A stretch of DNA of 64,000 nucleotides from Gemmatimonadota bacterium (lineage in GTDB: Bacteria > Gemmatimonadota > Gemmatimonadetes > Palauibacterales > Palauibacteraceae). The stretch is taken from NCBI GenBank assembly GCA_039588275.1, contig JBDHAC010000007.1, forward strand, positions 12,672 to 76,671. The letters run 5' to 3'. Of this stretch, positions 8,922 to 18,164 are shown in pieces (the first letter of the stretch is position 1; every line of letters starts with the position of its first letter). Made by a program: the position numbers and the translations under genes. The notes beneath the pieces are model-generated. The model did no database searches, was not told where the DNA came from, and saw only the letters and a program-made list of their open reading frames with translations.

Positions 8922-9139
8922 TACTCTCGCATCATCAACTACAACAACGTCTTACACGGCCACACATGGGCACTATCGGCCTGCGGTGCGGTGCGATCGC
9001 GACAGGCTGACACTGGCATTCTGCCTGGAACCCTGGTGATCTGCGCTCCCTAAGGCGAGGTGGCCGTCTCCCTCCGGGGACCGACCCCCCGTTGCGCCGC
9101 AGGCCCCCCCGTCTAATCGTGCCCGAGCCCGACTGCGCG

Positions 9140-10345
9140 ATGACTTCCCCCACACGAGGACGCGCGTTGCGATACCGAAGCGGACGACACTTCCTCCAGC
9201 TCCCCGGTCCGACCCCCGTCCCCGATCGTGTCCTGCGGGCGATGAATCGGGCCCTGATCGATCATCGGGGTCCCGAGTTCGCCGACCTGGGACGGCGGAT
9301 TCTCCAAGATCTCCGGCCGGTCTTCAAGACGGACTCGCCGGTGCTGGTCTTCCCCTCATCGGGCAGTGGCGCCTGGGAGGCCGCCCTCCAGAACACTCTG
9401 TCTCCCGGCGATCGTGTGCTTGGCATCGACCAGGGGTTCTTCGCCGGGAAATGGCAGGATGTAGCCCGGCGACTGGGACTCGAGGTGCAGGAGGTCGCCA
9501 GCGACTGGCGCCGGCCTGTCGATCCGGGTGCCGTCGAGGAGGCGCTGTCCGATGACCCGGATCGTACGGTCGCGGCCGTGCTCCTTGTGCACAATGAGAC
9601 ATCCACGGGCGTCACCAGTGACATAGCTGCCATCCGAGCGGCTATCGATCGGACCCGACACCCCGCGCTGCTGATGGTGGACGCGGTGTCATCATTGGGG
9701 GCGACCGACTACCGGCACGACGAGTGGGGCGTCGACGTGACGGTGAGCGGATCGCAGAAAGGGCTCATGCTGCCGCCCGGGCTCGGTTTCACGGCGGTGA
9801 GCGGCAAGGCCCTCGATGCGCACGAGCGGGCGCGCCTCCCACGCGCGTACTGGGATTGGGGCGACATGCTCCGGTTCAACGAGGAAGGGTTCTTCCCGTA
9901 CACGCCCGCCACCGGTCTCCTGTACGGACTCGAGGAAGCCCTGACGATGCTGCGCGAGGAAGGATTGGATCGCGTCTTCGCCCGCCACGCGCGCTTCGCC
10001 GAGGCGACGCGTCGGGCGGTAGCCGCCTGGGGGTTGGAGAACTACTCCGTGGATCCGACCGCGTACTCCAACTCGGGCACCACGGTTCTGATGCCCGAGG
10101 GCCCGGATGCGGACGAGCTGCGTCGTGTAATCCTGGAGCGCTTCGACATGTCGCTGGGCACCGGGCTCGGGAGGCTCCAGGGCGACGTGTTCCGCATCGG
10201 TCACCTGGGCGATCTCAACGAGCTGACGCTGGCCGGGGCGTTGTGCGGTGTGGAGATGGGCCTCGGTCTGGCCGGCGTGCCGCACGCAAAGGGGGGCGTG
10301 GACGCGGCGCTGGAGTTCCTGGCGGCCCCGGCGGATGGGCCGTGA
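9140..10345 (+). CDS. Class-V PLP aminotransferase (serine-glyoxylate / alanine-glyoxylate type)
   Basis: The N-terminus reads LQLPGPTPVPDRVLRAM. The PLP-lysine context SGSQKGLMLPPGLGF is present, as is FRIGHLG near the C-terminus. I chose the ATG at 9140. Confidence 0.92.
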   Translation: MTSPTRGRALRYRSGRHFLQLPGPTPVPDRVLRAMNRALIDHRGPEFADLGRRILQDLRPVFKTDSPVLVFPSSGSGAWEAALQNTLSPGDRVLGIDQGFFAGKWQDVARRLGLEVQEVASDWRRPVDPGAVEEALSDDPDRTVAAVLLVHNETSTGVTSDIAAIRAAIDRTRHPALLMVDAVSSLGATDYRHDEWGVDVTVSGSQKGLMLPPGLGFTAVSGKALDAHERARLPRAYWDWGDMLRFNEEGFFPYTPATGLLYGLEEALTMLREEGLDRVFARHARFAEATRRAVAAWGLENYSVDPTAYSNSGTTVLMPEGPDADELRRVILERFDMSLGTGLGRLQGDVFRIGHLGDLNELTLAGALCGVEMGLGLAGVPHAKGGVDAALEFLAAPADGP

Positions 10346-11403
10346 CGCTCCGGCGCGGACGCGGTCGATCGGTGCCCGGCACCGTTCCGGAGCGTAGCCG
10401 GCCCGCGGGTGCCCTCGCCCTCCTCGCTCCTGTCCTCCTGGCGCTCGCGCTTCCGGCTCTCGCGTGCGGGGGCGGATCCTCGGACGACGGCGTGATCGAG
10501 CTCAAGTTCGGGCACGTCGGCGGGCCGAGCTCGCTTTATGACCTGGCGGTGAACGAGTTCGCGCGGCGAGTCAACGAGCGCCTGGCCGGGCGGGTCGAGA
10601 TGACGGTGTTCGGAGCGAGCCAACTCGGCGGCGATGAGATCCTGCTCCAGAAGCTCAAGCTCGGGACCGTAGACCTGTCCCTGCCCGCGACGATCATGTC
10701 CTCGACCATCGAGCAATTCGGTCTGTTCGAGATGCCTTATCTGGTGAGGGACCGCGAGCACATGAAGCGCATCGAGGAGGAAGTCGTGTGGCCCGATCTG
10801 GCCCCGCTCGCGGAGGCGCAGGGGTACCGGCTGCTCGCGGTGTGGGAGAACGGATTCCGGCACGTCACGAACAACCGGCGCCCGATCGTGGCGCCTGAGG
10901 ATCTGCGCGGCATCAAGCTCCGCACACCCCGTGGCGTCTGGCGAGTAAAGCTGTTTCAGGCCCTTGGGGCGAACCCCACGCCCATGCCCTACTCAGAGGT
11001 GTTCATCGCGCTGCAGACCGGGGTGATGGACGGTCAAGAGAACCCGTTCACGCAGATTCGCGGCGGCCGGCTACACGAAGTGCAGAAGTACCTTTCGCTG
11101 ACCGAGCACGTCTACTCGCCCGCGTTCGTCATGGTCGGTACGGCTCGGTGGGATCGGCTTCCCGAGGACATTCAGGTGGCGGTGGCGGAGATCGCGCGCG
11201 AAGTCCAGGCGTTCGTTCACGAAACCGCCGAGCGCCTTGACGACGAGCTCTTGCAGGAGATGCGCGAGGCGGGGATCGAGGTGAACGACGTGGACCGCGG
11301 CGCTTTCCTGCGGGCCAGCGGTGCGGTGTACGAGGAATTCGCGGCAGCCGTCGAGGGCGGTCAGGAGCTGATCGAGAAGGCCACCTCCGTTGCCGGCGGC
11401 TGA
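10342..11403 (+). CDS. dctP: TRAP transporter substrate-binding protein (DctP family), lipoprotein
   Basis: The GTG start overlaps the upstream stop (GTGA at 10342-10345). It has a lipobox (ALALPALACGG) and DctP-like motifs (LKFGHVG; FRHVTNNRRPI; GANPTPMPYSEVFIALQTGVMDGQENP). Confidence 0.9.
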   Translation: MTLRRGRGRSVPGTVPERSRPAGALALLAPVLLALALPALACGGGSSDDGVIELKFGHVGGPSSLYDLAVNEFARRVNERLAGRVEMTVFGASQLGGDEILLQKLKLGTVDLSLPATIMSSTIEQFGLFEMPYLVRDREHMKRIEEEVVWPDLAPLAEAQGYRLLAVWENGFRHVTNNRRPIVAPEDLRGIKLRTPRGVWRVKLFQALGANPTPMPYSEVFIALQTGVMDGQENPFTQIRGGRLHEVQKYLSLTEHVYSPAFVMVGTARWDRLPEDIQVAVAEIAREVQAFVHETAERLDDELLQEMREAGIEVNDVDRGAFLRASGAVYEEFAAAVEGGQELIEKATSVAGG

Positions 11404-11968
11404 CTCGCGCAGCTCCGAGACGCCTGAGCCGCCCGTGTCGCGCGCTCGCGAGCCATCCACGAGTACGCGCGGCAGCACCCACCTGAGAACGGTCGTGGAG
11501 CGATTCCTGGAAGCGGCCGTCCTGATCCTGATGGCCCTCCTGGCTGGTGTCGTCGTCGTGGGCGTCGTGTTCCGAAAGCTGGGTGCGGCGTTGGTCTGGT
11601 ATGACGAGATCGCGTCCATACTCCTCGCCTGGCTCACCTACTATGGCGCGGCGCTGGCCGCCTTGAAGCGAGCGCACATCGGAGTTCCGACCGCCGTTCA
11701 GCGACTCCGCGGGCGCTGGAGGTTGCTGGCCGTGGCTCTCGCGGAGACCGCCGTGATCGGGTTCTTCGTCGTCGTGGCGTGGGCGGGCTGGCGGGTCCTC
11801 CGGGTCCTCGGCGGGACTACGCTGGTCAGTCTCCCGTGGGTTCCCGCCATTCTCGCGCAGTCGGTGATCCCGATCGCGGCGCTCCTCTTCATCGTGGCCG
11901 AGTTGCTGAGCGTGCCCGATGCGCTGGCGCCGCACCGCCGGCGCGAAGCTCCCGGGGCCGAGCCGTGA
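11390..11968 (+). CDS. dctQ: TRAP transporter small permease (DctQ family)
   Basis: It lies between dctP and dctM and has four hydrophobic helices (VLILMALLAGVVVVGVVF; ILLAWLTYYGAALA). The exact start is uncertain. Confidence 0.8.
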   Translation: MPAADSRSSETPEPPVSRAREPSTSTRGSTHLRTVVERFLEAAVLILMALLAGVVVVGVVFRKLGAALVWYDEIASILLAWLTYYGAALAALKRAHIGVPTAVQRLRGRWRLLAVALAETAVIGFFVVVAWAGWRVLRVLGGTTLVSLPWVPAILAQSVIPIAALLFIVAELLSVPDALAPHRRREAPGAEP

Positions 11969-13248
11969 CGCTCTTCCTGATGTTCCTGGGGCTGGTCGTG
12001 CTCGTGACCCTCAACGTGCCAATCGCGGTCGCGTTGGGGATCGTCGCGATTCTCGCGATGGTCCTCACCTCCGGCGCGGCGGTGCTCCCCAACGCGGGTT
12101 TGGTCCTGTTCGACGGCGCCACGTCGTTCCCCCTCATCGCTATCCCGCTGTTCATCCTCGCGGGAGCGATCATGAACGCGACGGGGATCTCGCGTCGATT
12201 GATCGCGTTCGCGTCGGCGCTGGTGGGCTTCATCCGGGGCGGACTAGCGATGGTGAGCATCAGCGCGTCCCTGTTTTTCGCGGAGATCTCGGGCTCGGCG
12301 GTTGCCGATGTAGCCGCGCTCGGTTCGCTGTTGATCCCGGCGATGGAGAGACGGGGGTATTCGAAGCCCTTCGCTGCGGCGGTCATGTCATCGGCCGCGA
12401 CGCTCGCGGTGATCATCCCGCCTTCCATCCCGATGATCATCTACGGCGTCATGTCCGAGAGCTCGATCGTCGAGCTGTTCGTGGCGGGCATCATCCCGGG
12501 CGTGATCGGCGGGTGCTCACTCATGTTCGTGGCGTATATGCTCGCGCGGCGTCACGGTTTCCCGGTCGAAGAATCGTTTCAGGTGCGCCGCGTGTGGCGG
12601 ACGTTCAGGGAAGCGGGCTGGGCGCTGCTGCTCCCGTTGATCATCCTGGGCGGGATCTTCAGCGGGTGGGTGACCGCGACCGAGGGCGCGGGGCTGGCGG
12701 TGGTGGCCGCGCTCGCGATCGGAGGCCTGGTTTACCGCGAGCTCGATCTGGCCCACCTGCGGGAGGCGATGCTCGAGGGGGGCGTGCAGACGGCGGTGGT
12801 GATGCTGCTCGTCGCCACCTCCGCCCTGCTCGGCGATTTCCTGACCGAGCAGCAGCTCCCGCAGCGCGTCGCGTCCGGCATCATGTCCGTCACGGAGAGC
12901 AGGTGGCTGATCCTCGCGCTTCTGAACGTCTTCTTCCTAATCATCGGGCTCTTCCTCCACTCGGCCGCAGCCATCATCCTGGTGGTGCCGATCGTGATGC
13001 CGCTCGTGCACGCCGCGGGGATCGACCCGATCCACTTCGGGCTCATCGTGACGCTCAACCTGGGGATCGGCCAGCAGACTCCACCCGTGGCCAGCGTCCT
13101 CGTGACGGCGTGCTCGGTGGCCAAGGCGGACATCTGGGAGGTGAGCAAGGTCAACGTCCGGTTCATCGCGGTGTTATTCGCGGTGTTGGTGCTCGTGACC
13201 TACCTCCCGGCCATCCCGATGAGCCTGGTGAATTGGTTCTACCGCTGA
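11965..13248 (+). CDS. dctM: TRAP transporter large permease (DctM family)
   Basis: The GTG start is in a GTGA overlap with the dctQ stop. DctM-like motifs are present: VPIAVALGIVAILAM, PLFILAGAIMNATGISRRLI and GLIVTLNLGIGQQTPPV. Confidence 0.92.
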   Translation: MTLFLMFLGLVVLVTLNVPIAVALGIVAILAMVLTSGAAVLPNAGLVLFDGATSFPLIAIPLFILAGAIMNATGISRRLIAFASALVGFIRGGLAMVSISASLFFAEISGSAVADVAALGSLLIPAMERRGYSKPFAAAVMSSAATLAVIIPPSIPMIIYGVMSESSIVELFVAGIIPGVIGGCSLMFVAYMLARRHGFPVEESFQVRRVWRTFREAGWALLLPLIILGGIFSGWVTATEGAGLAVVAALAIGGLVYRELDLAHLREAMLEGGVQTAVVMLLVATSALLGDFLTEQQLPQRVASGIMSVTESRWLILALLNVFFLIIGLFLHSAAAIILVVPIVMPLVHAAGIDPIHFGLIVTLNLGIGQQTPPVASVLVTACSVAKADIWEVSKVNVRFIAVLFAVLVLVTYLPAIPMSLVNWFYR

Positions 13249-13254
13249 AGCACG

Positions 13255-13281
13255 AGCGCCCCGCCGATCGAGCGGGGCGCT
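13255..13281. terminator. Bidirectional hairpin between convergent dctM and nmrA-like genes
   Basis: AGCGCCCCGC-CGATCGA-GCGGGGCGCT forms a 10-bp perfect stem. Confidence 0.5.
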
Positions 13282-13340
13282 GATTCAAGTGGTGGGGCGA
13301 GCGCGCCTCGGCGCGGTACCGAGTGCACCTGCGCTTTCGT

Positions 13341-14207
13341 TCAGCCCTCCGTCCACATCGCCACGGTCTCGGCGACGAAGTCCTCGAAGCGGCGCGGCGG
13401 GTGACCGAGCACGCGATCCTGGAGAGCCAGATCCTCATCCGTGGCTGTCAGACCACGCGCCAGGAAGTGCTCGAACATGATGCGGACATCCTCGACCATC
13501 CATTCCGGCATCATCCCGCGGGCGGCCTCCTCCCAGGCGTCGAGGTCATCGCCCACGTAGTGGATCTCGCGTCCCAGCCCCCGGCTCCAGGCAGCGGCCG
13601 TGTCCTCTCCCGTGAGCACCTCGGGGCCGACGAGTGGATACCGTACCCCCTCGTGGCCTTCGTCGAGGAGGGCGTTCACGGTCGCGTCGGCGATGTCTCG
13701 GACGTCGACGCGACTGAGACCCACGGAGCCAACGGGCGACGGGTAGATTCCCATCTGAAGGATCGGGTCCTTGAGCCAGTAGTCGTTCTGGTAGTAGTTG
13801 TTGGGTTCGACCGTCACCCACGGAATCCCCGACGTCTCGATCGCTTCCAGTATGCGGATCTTGCTGGCGAAGTGGGGGATCTGGGGTGCGTCGTCGACCC
13901 GGTGAACCGAATGGAGCACGATGCGCCCGACACCCGTGTTCTGCGCGGCATCGATGGCGGCGGCCCCGAGCGCGGCCTCGTTCGGGTGCACCGGGGTCAG
14001 GAGGTGCAGGCGGTCGATCCCACCGAAGACGGGCCCGAGGCTGGCCGGGTCCTCCAGGTCACCCTTCACGTACGAGACACCGTCCACGGTCGAGCCCGCT
14101 ACTTCCTCCGAGCGCGTCATGCAACGCACGGAGGCGCCGCGCTCCACCAGGCGAGCGACGACCTGGCTGCCCACCGTGCCCGTGCCCCCGAGACAAAGAA
14201 CGTTCAT
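13341..14207 (-). CDS. NmrA-like / atypical SDR NAD(P)-binding protein
   Basis: I trimmed the ORF to the ATG at 14207 (MNVLCLGGTGTVGSQVVARLVERG, a Rossmann GxxGxxG motif), which has GGAGGA upstream. The ATGA overlaps the upstream stop. Confidence 0.85.
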   Translation of the reverse strand: MNVLCLGGTGTVGSQVVARLVERGASVRCMTRSEEVAGSTVDGVSYVKGDLEDPASLGPVFGGIDRLHLLTPVHPNEAALGAAAIDAAQNTGVGRIVLHSVHRVDDAPQIPHFASKIRILEAIETSGIPWVTVEPNNYYQNDYWLKDPILQMGIYPSPVGSVGLSRVDVRDIADATVNALLDEGHEGVRYPLVGPEVLTGEDTAAAWSRGLGREIHYVGDDLDAWEEAARGMMPEWMVEDVRIMFEHFLARGLTATDEDLALQDRVLGHPPRRFEDFVAETVAMWTEG

Positions 14208-15034
14208 CGAGAGTCCTCCGATCGGCTTCGTGAATGCTGCGCGGTTGGAACCGTGTAAGCGGCTGCGATCTCGGACACCGCTGTCTCCAGAGTGCTCAGG
14301 TAGTCCTCCAGGCCGGCGGCCGCGATCGGGTTCCCATGGATGGGTGCCACGAAGGTCACAGGGTGCTCGTCCAACATGCGCCGAAGCGTACCGCTCAGGC
14401 GGGGCGGGTCCACGTAGCGCAGCCACTTGAGGGCACCCCGGTGAAAGTCCGCAACCCCGAGCTCGCGACCTTCCTCGGGCAACTCGGAAGACATCAGCCG
14501 ACAGGCGCCCGGCTCGTGGTAGTTACCGAACCCATCCGCGACGAACATGACGCGCGACTCTCGATCATAGATCCACGTCGTGTGCGACCGATCGGCCAGA
14601 GGTGGATCCAGGAAGGTGAACTCGCGTCCCAGGACATCGAGCGTCTCTCCGATCCTGGACCGCCGCGCGTAGGGCAAACCCTGCACCCCGGCATCGGCAC
14701 ACGACGCGACGATCTCGAAGTCGCCCCACTCCCCGCGGAACGTGGGGATGTTGCCCGAATGAGGGTAATCCGAATGCGAAAGGATGAGGGCCTGGATGCC
14801 CTGGCCGCGCGTAGCGGCGGTCAGCCGCGACTCGATGCTCTCCCTGTGGTAGAACGATCCGGAATCGACCACGATGTTGCCGCCCGTTGCCCGGATCAGA
14901 TATAGAGACACGTGCAGGTGACGATCCCCGATCGGATAGCACTCGCTGATCCACTCCACGTCATCCGTCAGCCGCACGGTCGTGCTCGCGTCCGGGGCTG
15001 CCGCCGACCCCGTGCTGCTCGCCGAGTCAGTCAT
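14204..15034 (-). CDS. MBL-fold di-metal protein, paralog B (flavodiiron/ODP-core-like, no flavodoxin domain)
   Basis: It carries the motif ILSHSDYPHSGN, then HTTW, VADGFG and APIHG at the spacing of MBL metal ligands. The start codon directly abuts the stop of paralog A (TGAATG). Confidence 0.85.
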   Translation of the reverse strand: MTDSASSTGSAAAPDASTTVRLTDDVEWISECYPIGDRHLHVSLYLIRATGGNIVVDSGSFYHRESIESRLTAATRGQGIQALILSHSDYPHSGNIPTFRGEWGDFEIVASCADAGVQGLPYARRSRIGETLDVLGREFTFLDPPLADRSHTTWIYDRESRVMFVADGFGNYHEPGACRLMSSELPEEGRELGVADFHRGALKWLRYVDPPRLSGTLRRMLDEHPVTFVAPIHGNPIAAAGLEDYLSTLETAVSEIAAAYTVPTAQHSRSRSEDSR

Positions 15035-15838
15035 TCACAGCACCCCGACGCGACCGGTCTCCGCCACGCGGCTCACCACGTCCTTCATGAGCTCGAAGTA
15101 GCGCTCGACGTCGCGTCGGATCACCAGCCCGTGTGCGGGAGCGATTCGGCGCGGGCGAAACTCTCGAGCGAGACGGTCGACCTCCGCGCGTGTCTTGCCG
15201 ACGTCGACGTATTGGAACCAGAACAGGACCCTGCTGTGGAACTCGGTCAGCCGCTCGATGCCGATCTTCACGTCGAGCTCGTCTGCGAAGCGCATGCATT
15301 CCCCGTCCAGGTGAGGGAAGCCCAACCAGTCGACCGGGAAGAGCGTCGCTGTGTGCACCTCGGTCATCCACACGTGCAACGCCGCGTCCAGGAACGTGGC
15401 TTCGTGGAAGCGCACGATCGGGCCGCCGAGGTCGATCTCGTCGCCGGGTCGGACCTTGAGTGCCTGATCCAGCCGGTAGAGCGCGTGCGTATCTCCTTCG
15501 CCCGGGGCCACGAGCTGGACCTCGGGATAGCGGCGCATAATCCGGGCGGTGTTCCCGGCGTGCGGAACATCCGGGTGTGAGATGACCAGATAGTCGAGAT
15601 CCGCACCGTCAAGGACCCGGTCGAGCTCATCAATGATCAGCTCGCCACCCGCGGGCGAGAGGGTGTCGAACAGCAGACTTCGCTCGCCTCGGAGTAGATA
15701 TGCGTTCTGCGGCACGTGGAGCTCGCGGCCCGATGGACACCAGGTGCCGCCGCGGGCGCGAACGGCCTCAGCGATCCCCTCACGGTGGGGGCCGCATTCC
15801 TGGATCCAGTAGAAACCCGGTTCGATCTCCCGATGCAT
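15035..15838 (-). CDS. MBL-fold di-metal protein, paralog A
   Basis: It carries the motif VISHPDVPHAGN, then HVWM, PVDWLG and APAHG. It aligns along its whole length with paralog B (WIxEC, FH..L.W..YVD). Confidence 0.85.
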   Translation of the reverse strand: MHREIEPGFYWIQECGPHREGIAEAVRARGGTWCPSGRELHVPQNAYLLRGERSLLFDTLSPAGGELIIDELDRVLDGADLDYLVISHPDVPHAGNTARIMRRYPEVQLVAPGEGDTHALYRLDQALKVRPGDEIDLGGPIVRFHEATFLDAALHVWMTEVHTATLFPVDWLGFPHLDGECMRFADELDVKIGIERLTEFHSRVLFWFQYVDVGKTRAEVDRLAREFRPRRIAPAHGLVIRRDVERYFELMKDVVSRVAETGRVGVL

Positions 15839-16132
15839 CGGCTCCTACCCGAAGAGATCTGCCTGCAGGGGCTCCGGCGGGCGCCCACGGTGCTCGGCTC
15901 GGGCGCGCGGCCCTCGGTGCGAGCAGCCACACTACCCGGTCCGAAGATCGAGGGCCAGAGAGCTGCGAGCGCGGCGCACTGCGAGACCCCGCGCGGCCCG
16001 GCGATACGCGGTTCCGGGGTTTTGGCCACTCCGCGCAACCGGAGGTGTAACATGTTGCCACATTGACGCTTACGCCCATCGACGCGGGTTCAGCGAACGC
16101 GGCTCGGTTCCTGCGGGCCTGAACCGCCTGAC

Positions 16133-18025
16133 GTGGGGATGGCGCAGCCGATCCGGGGCGCCGCAATGGGGACTGTTCCTCAAGCTCGAAAAGCGCCTGT
16201 GCTACAACAGATCCTCCCGATATTAGCGGTCCTGCTGGTCGGCCTGCTCGTCGCCTGGCGTGCCCAGGTGCGGCGAGACAGCCGGCGCCATCGACGCACG
16301 CAGAAGCGGTACCAATCCCTGTTCGTGAACAACGTGGATGCGGTCGTGTCCCTGGATCCAGGAGGCGCGGTGGAGCGCGTGAACCCCACCTTCACGCGCC
16401 TCACCGGTTGGAACGAGGAAGAGACCCGCGGGACGGCCTTCGCGGGGTACGTGAGCTCCGAGGACCGGAACCGGGTGCTCAAGACCCTGAAAGGAGCGAC
16501 CAGGGGTGCGCCCCAGACGATGGAGACCGCACTCCAGCACCGGGACGGGCAGCTGGTCGAGGTCGAGCTGACCACGGTTCCGATCGTCGTCGATGATGAC
16601 GTCCTGGGCGCCTATCAGATCGCCCGAGACATCGGGCAGCGGAAGGAGACCGAGCGCAAGCTCGAGACGCAGGCGCTGCACGATTATCTCACCGGCCTCC
16701 CGAATCGATCCCTGTTTCAGGATCGACTCGAGCACGCGATCGAGCGCGGAGCGCGGACGGGCGCGCAGGTCGCGCTCCTGTATCTCGACCTCGATCGCTT
16801 CAAGGCGGTGAACGACAGCGCCGGCCACGCGGCCGGCGATCTGCTGCTCCAGCAGGTGGCGTCGAGGCTCAGCTGTTTCCTGCGAGGAGGCGACACGGTA
16901 GCCCGGCTGGGCGGAGACGAGTTCGCGATCCTGTTGGAGGACATCTCCGACGTCAACGCGGCCCTGGGCGCGGGAAAGAGAATCGCGGACCTTCTGAGCG
17001 AGCCGATCCGGCTCCCGATGGGTGACTTCGAGACCGGAGCCAGCATCGGCGTGGCGCTCAGCTCGTCCGATACGGAGTCGCCGGAAGATCTCGTGCGACA
17101 GGCCGACGTCGCCATGTACGAGGCCAAGCGGTTAGGTGGGCACCGATTCCAGCTCTACGGCGCCGAGCTCGAGGAGAAGCGCGACAGCGTGCCCGTGCAC
17201 CTCGAGGGGGACCTGCGTCGCGCGATCCAGCGGGACGAATTGACCCTTCACTACCAGCCGATCGTCGACCTCGCCGGCACTCGCATCGTGGGAGTGGAAG
17301 CTCTCGTGCGCTGGCCGCACCCGGAGTTGGGCATGCTCGCCCCGACGACCTTCATCCCGCTGGCCGAGGAGTCCGGGATCATCGTCGCGCTGGATCACTG
17401 GGTGTTGAGGCGTGCATGTCTGGAGATCAAGGGACTGATCGAACAGAGAGTCGTGACCTCGGACTCCTTCTACATCAGCGTGAACTTCTCGAAGCGCCAC
17501 CTGGAAGAGCAGGATCCCGCGGAGGCCGTGGAACGGATCGTCGGCGAGGTGGGGTTCGATATCGCCAGGCTCCAGCTCGAGATCACCGAGAGCATCGCCG
17601 GGGTCGACCGGGAGAAGGTCAACCGTCTGAAGGCGCTCGGGCTCACCGTGGCCATCGATGATTTCGGTACGGGCTATTCCTCGCTCGGCTACCTCAAAGA
17701 CCTGGACGTCGACATCCTCAAGGTCGATCGGTCGTTCGTTCACGCGCTGTCGGGAGACAAGGCCTCACTGGCGATCGTGCGAACGATTCTGACCCTGGCG
17801 GAGATGCTGGGAATGGACGTCATCATCGAAGGCATCGAGGAGCCGGTACAGCTCAGGCGGCTACAGGAGCTGGGCGGGCGCTTCGTACAGGGGTTCTACT
17901 TCAGCGCGCCGGTCAATCTAGAAGGCCTCGAGGATTTGTTGCGACGCGGCCTGCCCCCCGAGTGGGTGCTCAACCTGAACGTCAAACCCGAAGCCAAAGC
18001 CGCACCCGTCCACACGGGAGTCTGA
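16133..18025 (+). CDS. Membrane-anchored PAS-GGDEF-EAL c-di-GMP turnover protein
   Basis: It has a TM helix (ILAVLLVGLLVAW) and a PAS domain (FVNNVDAVVSLDPGG..NPTFTRLTGW). The GGDEF (RLGGDEFAILL) and EAL (VEALVRWPHP; DDFGTGYSSL) motifs are both intact. Confidence 0.92.
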   Translation: MGMAQPIRGAAMGTVPQARKAPVLQQILPILAVLLVGLLVAWRAQVRRDSRRHRRTQKRYQSLFVNNVDAVVSLDPGGAVERVNPTFTRLTGWNEEETRGTAFAGYVSSEDRNRVLKTLKGATRGAPQTMETALQHRDGQLVEVELTTVPIVVDDDVLGAYQIARDIGQRKETERKLETQALHDYLTGLPNRSLFQDRLEHAIERGARTGAQVALLYLDLDRFKAVNDSAGHAAGDLLLQQVASRLSCFLRGGDTVARLGGDEFAILLEDISDVNAALGAGKRIADLLSEPIRLPMGDFETGASIGVALSSSDTESPEDLVRQADVAMYEAKRLGGHRFQLYGAELEEKRDSVPVHLEGDLRRAIQRDELTLHYQPIVDLAGTRIVGVEALVRWPHPELGMLAPTTFIPLAEESGIIVALDHWVLRRACLEIKGLIEQRVVTSDSFYISVNFSKRHLEEQDPAEAVERIVGEVGFDIARLQLEITESIAGVDREKVNRLKALGLTVAIDDFGTGYSSLGYLKDLDVDILKVDRSFVHALSGDKASLAIVRTILTLAEMLGMDVIIEGIEEPVQLRRLQELGGRFVQGFYFSAPVNLEGLEDLLRRGLPPEWVLNLNVKPEAKAAPVHTGV

Positions 18026-18164
18026 TCCCGAACGGTTGCGGTCCTGCGTAGCCATCCCGGCCAGCGCCGGGTAGGTTCATCCGTCATCCAAATCGACGAG
18101 CCGCGGCGGAGGGGGCCGGCTCTCGCCCCAGGCGCCGTAGGAACTGCCCGATTCCCGACCGAGG

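Noticed and set aside
8976-9104. Long-range pairing of GGCCTGCGG with CCGCAGGCC, about 110 nt apart, in the aminotransferase leader.
   Set aside because: It is only 9 bp (12 of 13 with extension) of GC-rich sequence. That is within chance expectation for a 300-nt GC-rich spacer, and I recognised no riboswitch core such as glycine.
9724-10341. N-terminal 206 codons of ORF 9724..11403, the long version of dctP.
   Set aside because: This part overlaps the well-supported aminotransferase in another frame and translates to Arg/Gly-rich sequence. The DctP signal peptide and lipobox begin right after the GTGA coupling site at 10342.
16046-16062. The palindrome AACATGTT within GTGTAACATGTTGCCAC in the MBL/GGDEF divergent spacer, as a possible operator.
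   Set aside because: The palindrome is only 8 bp and its flanks are not symmetric, so I cannot distinguish it from chance.
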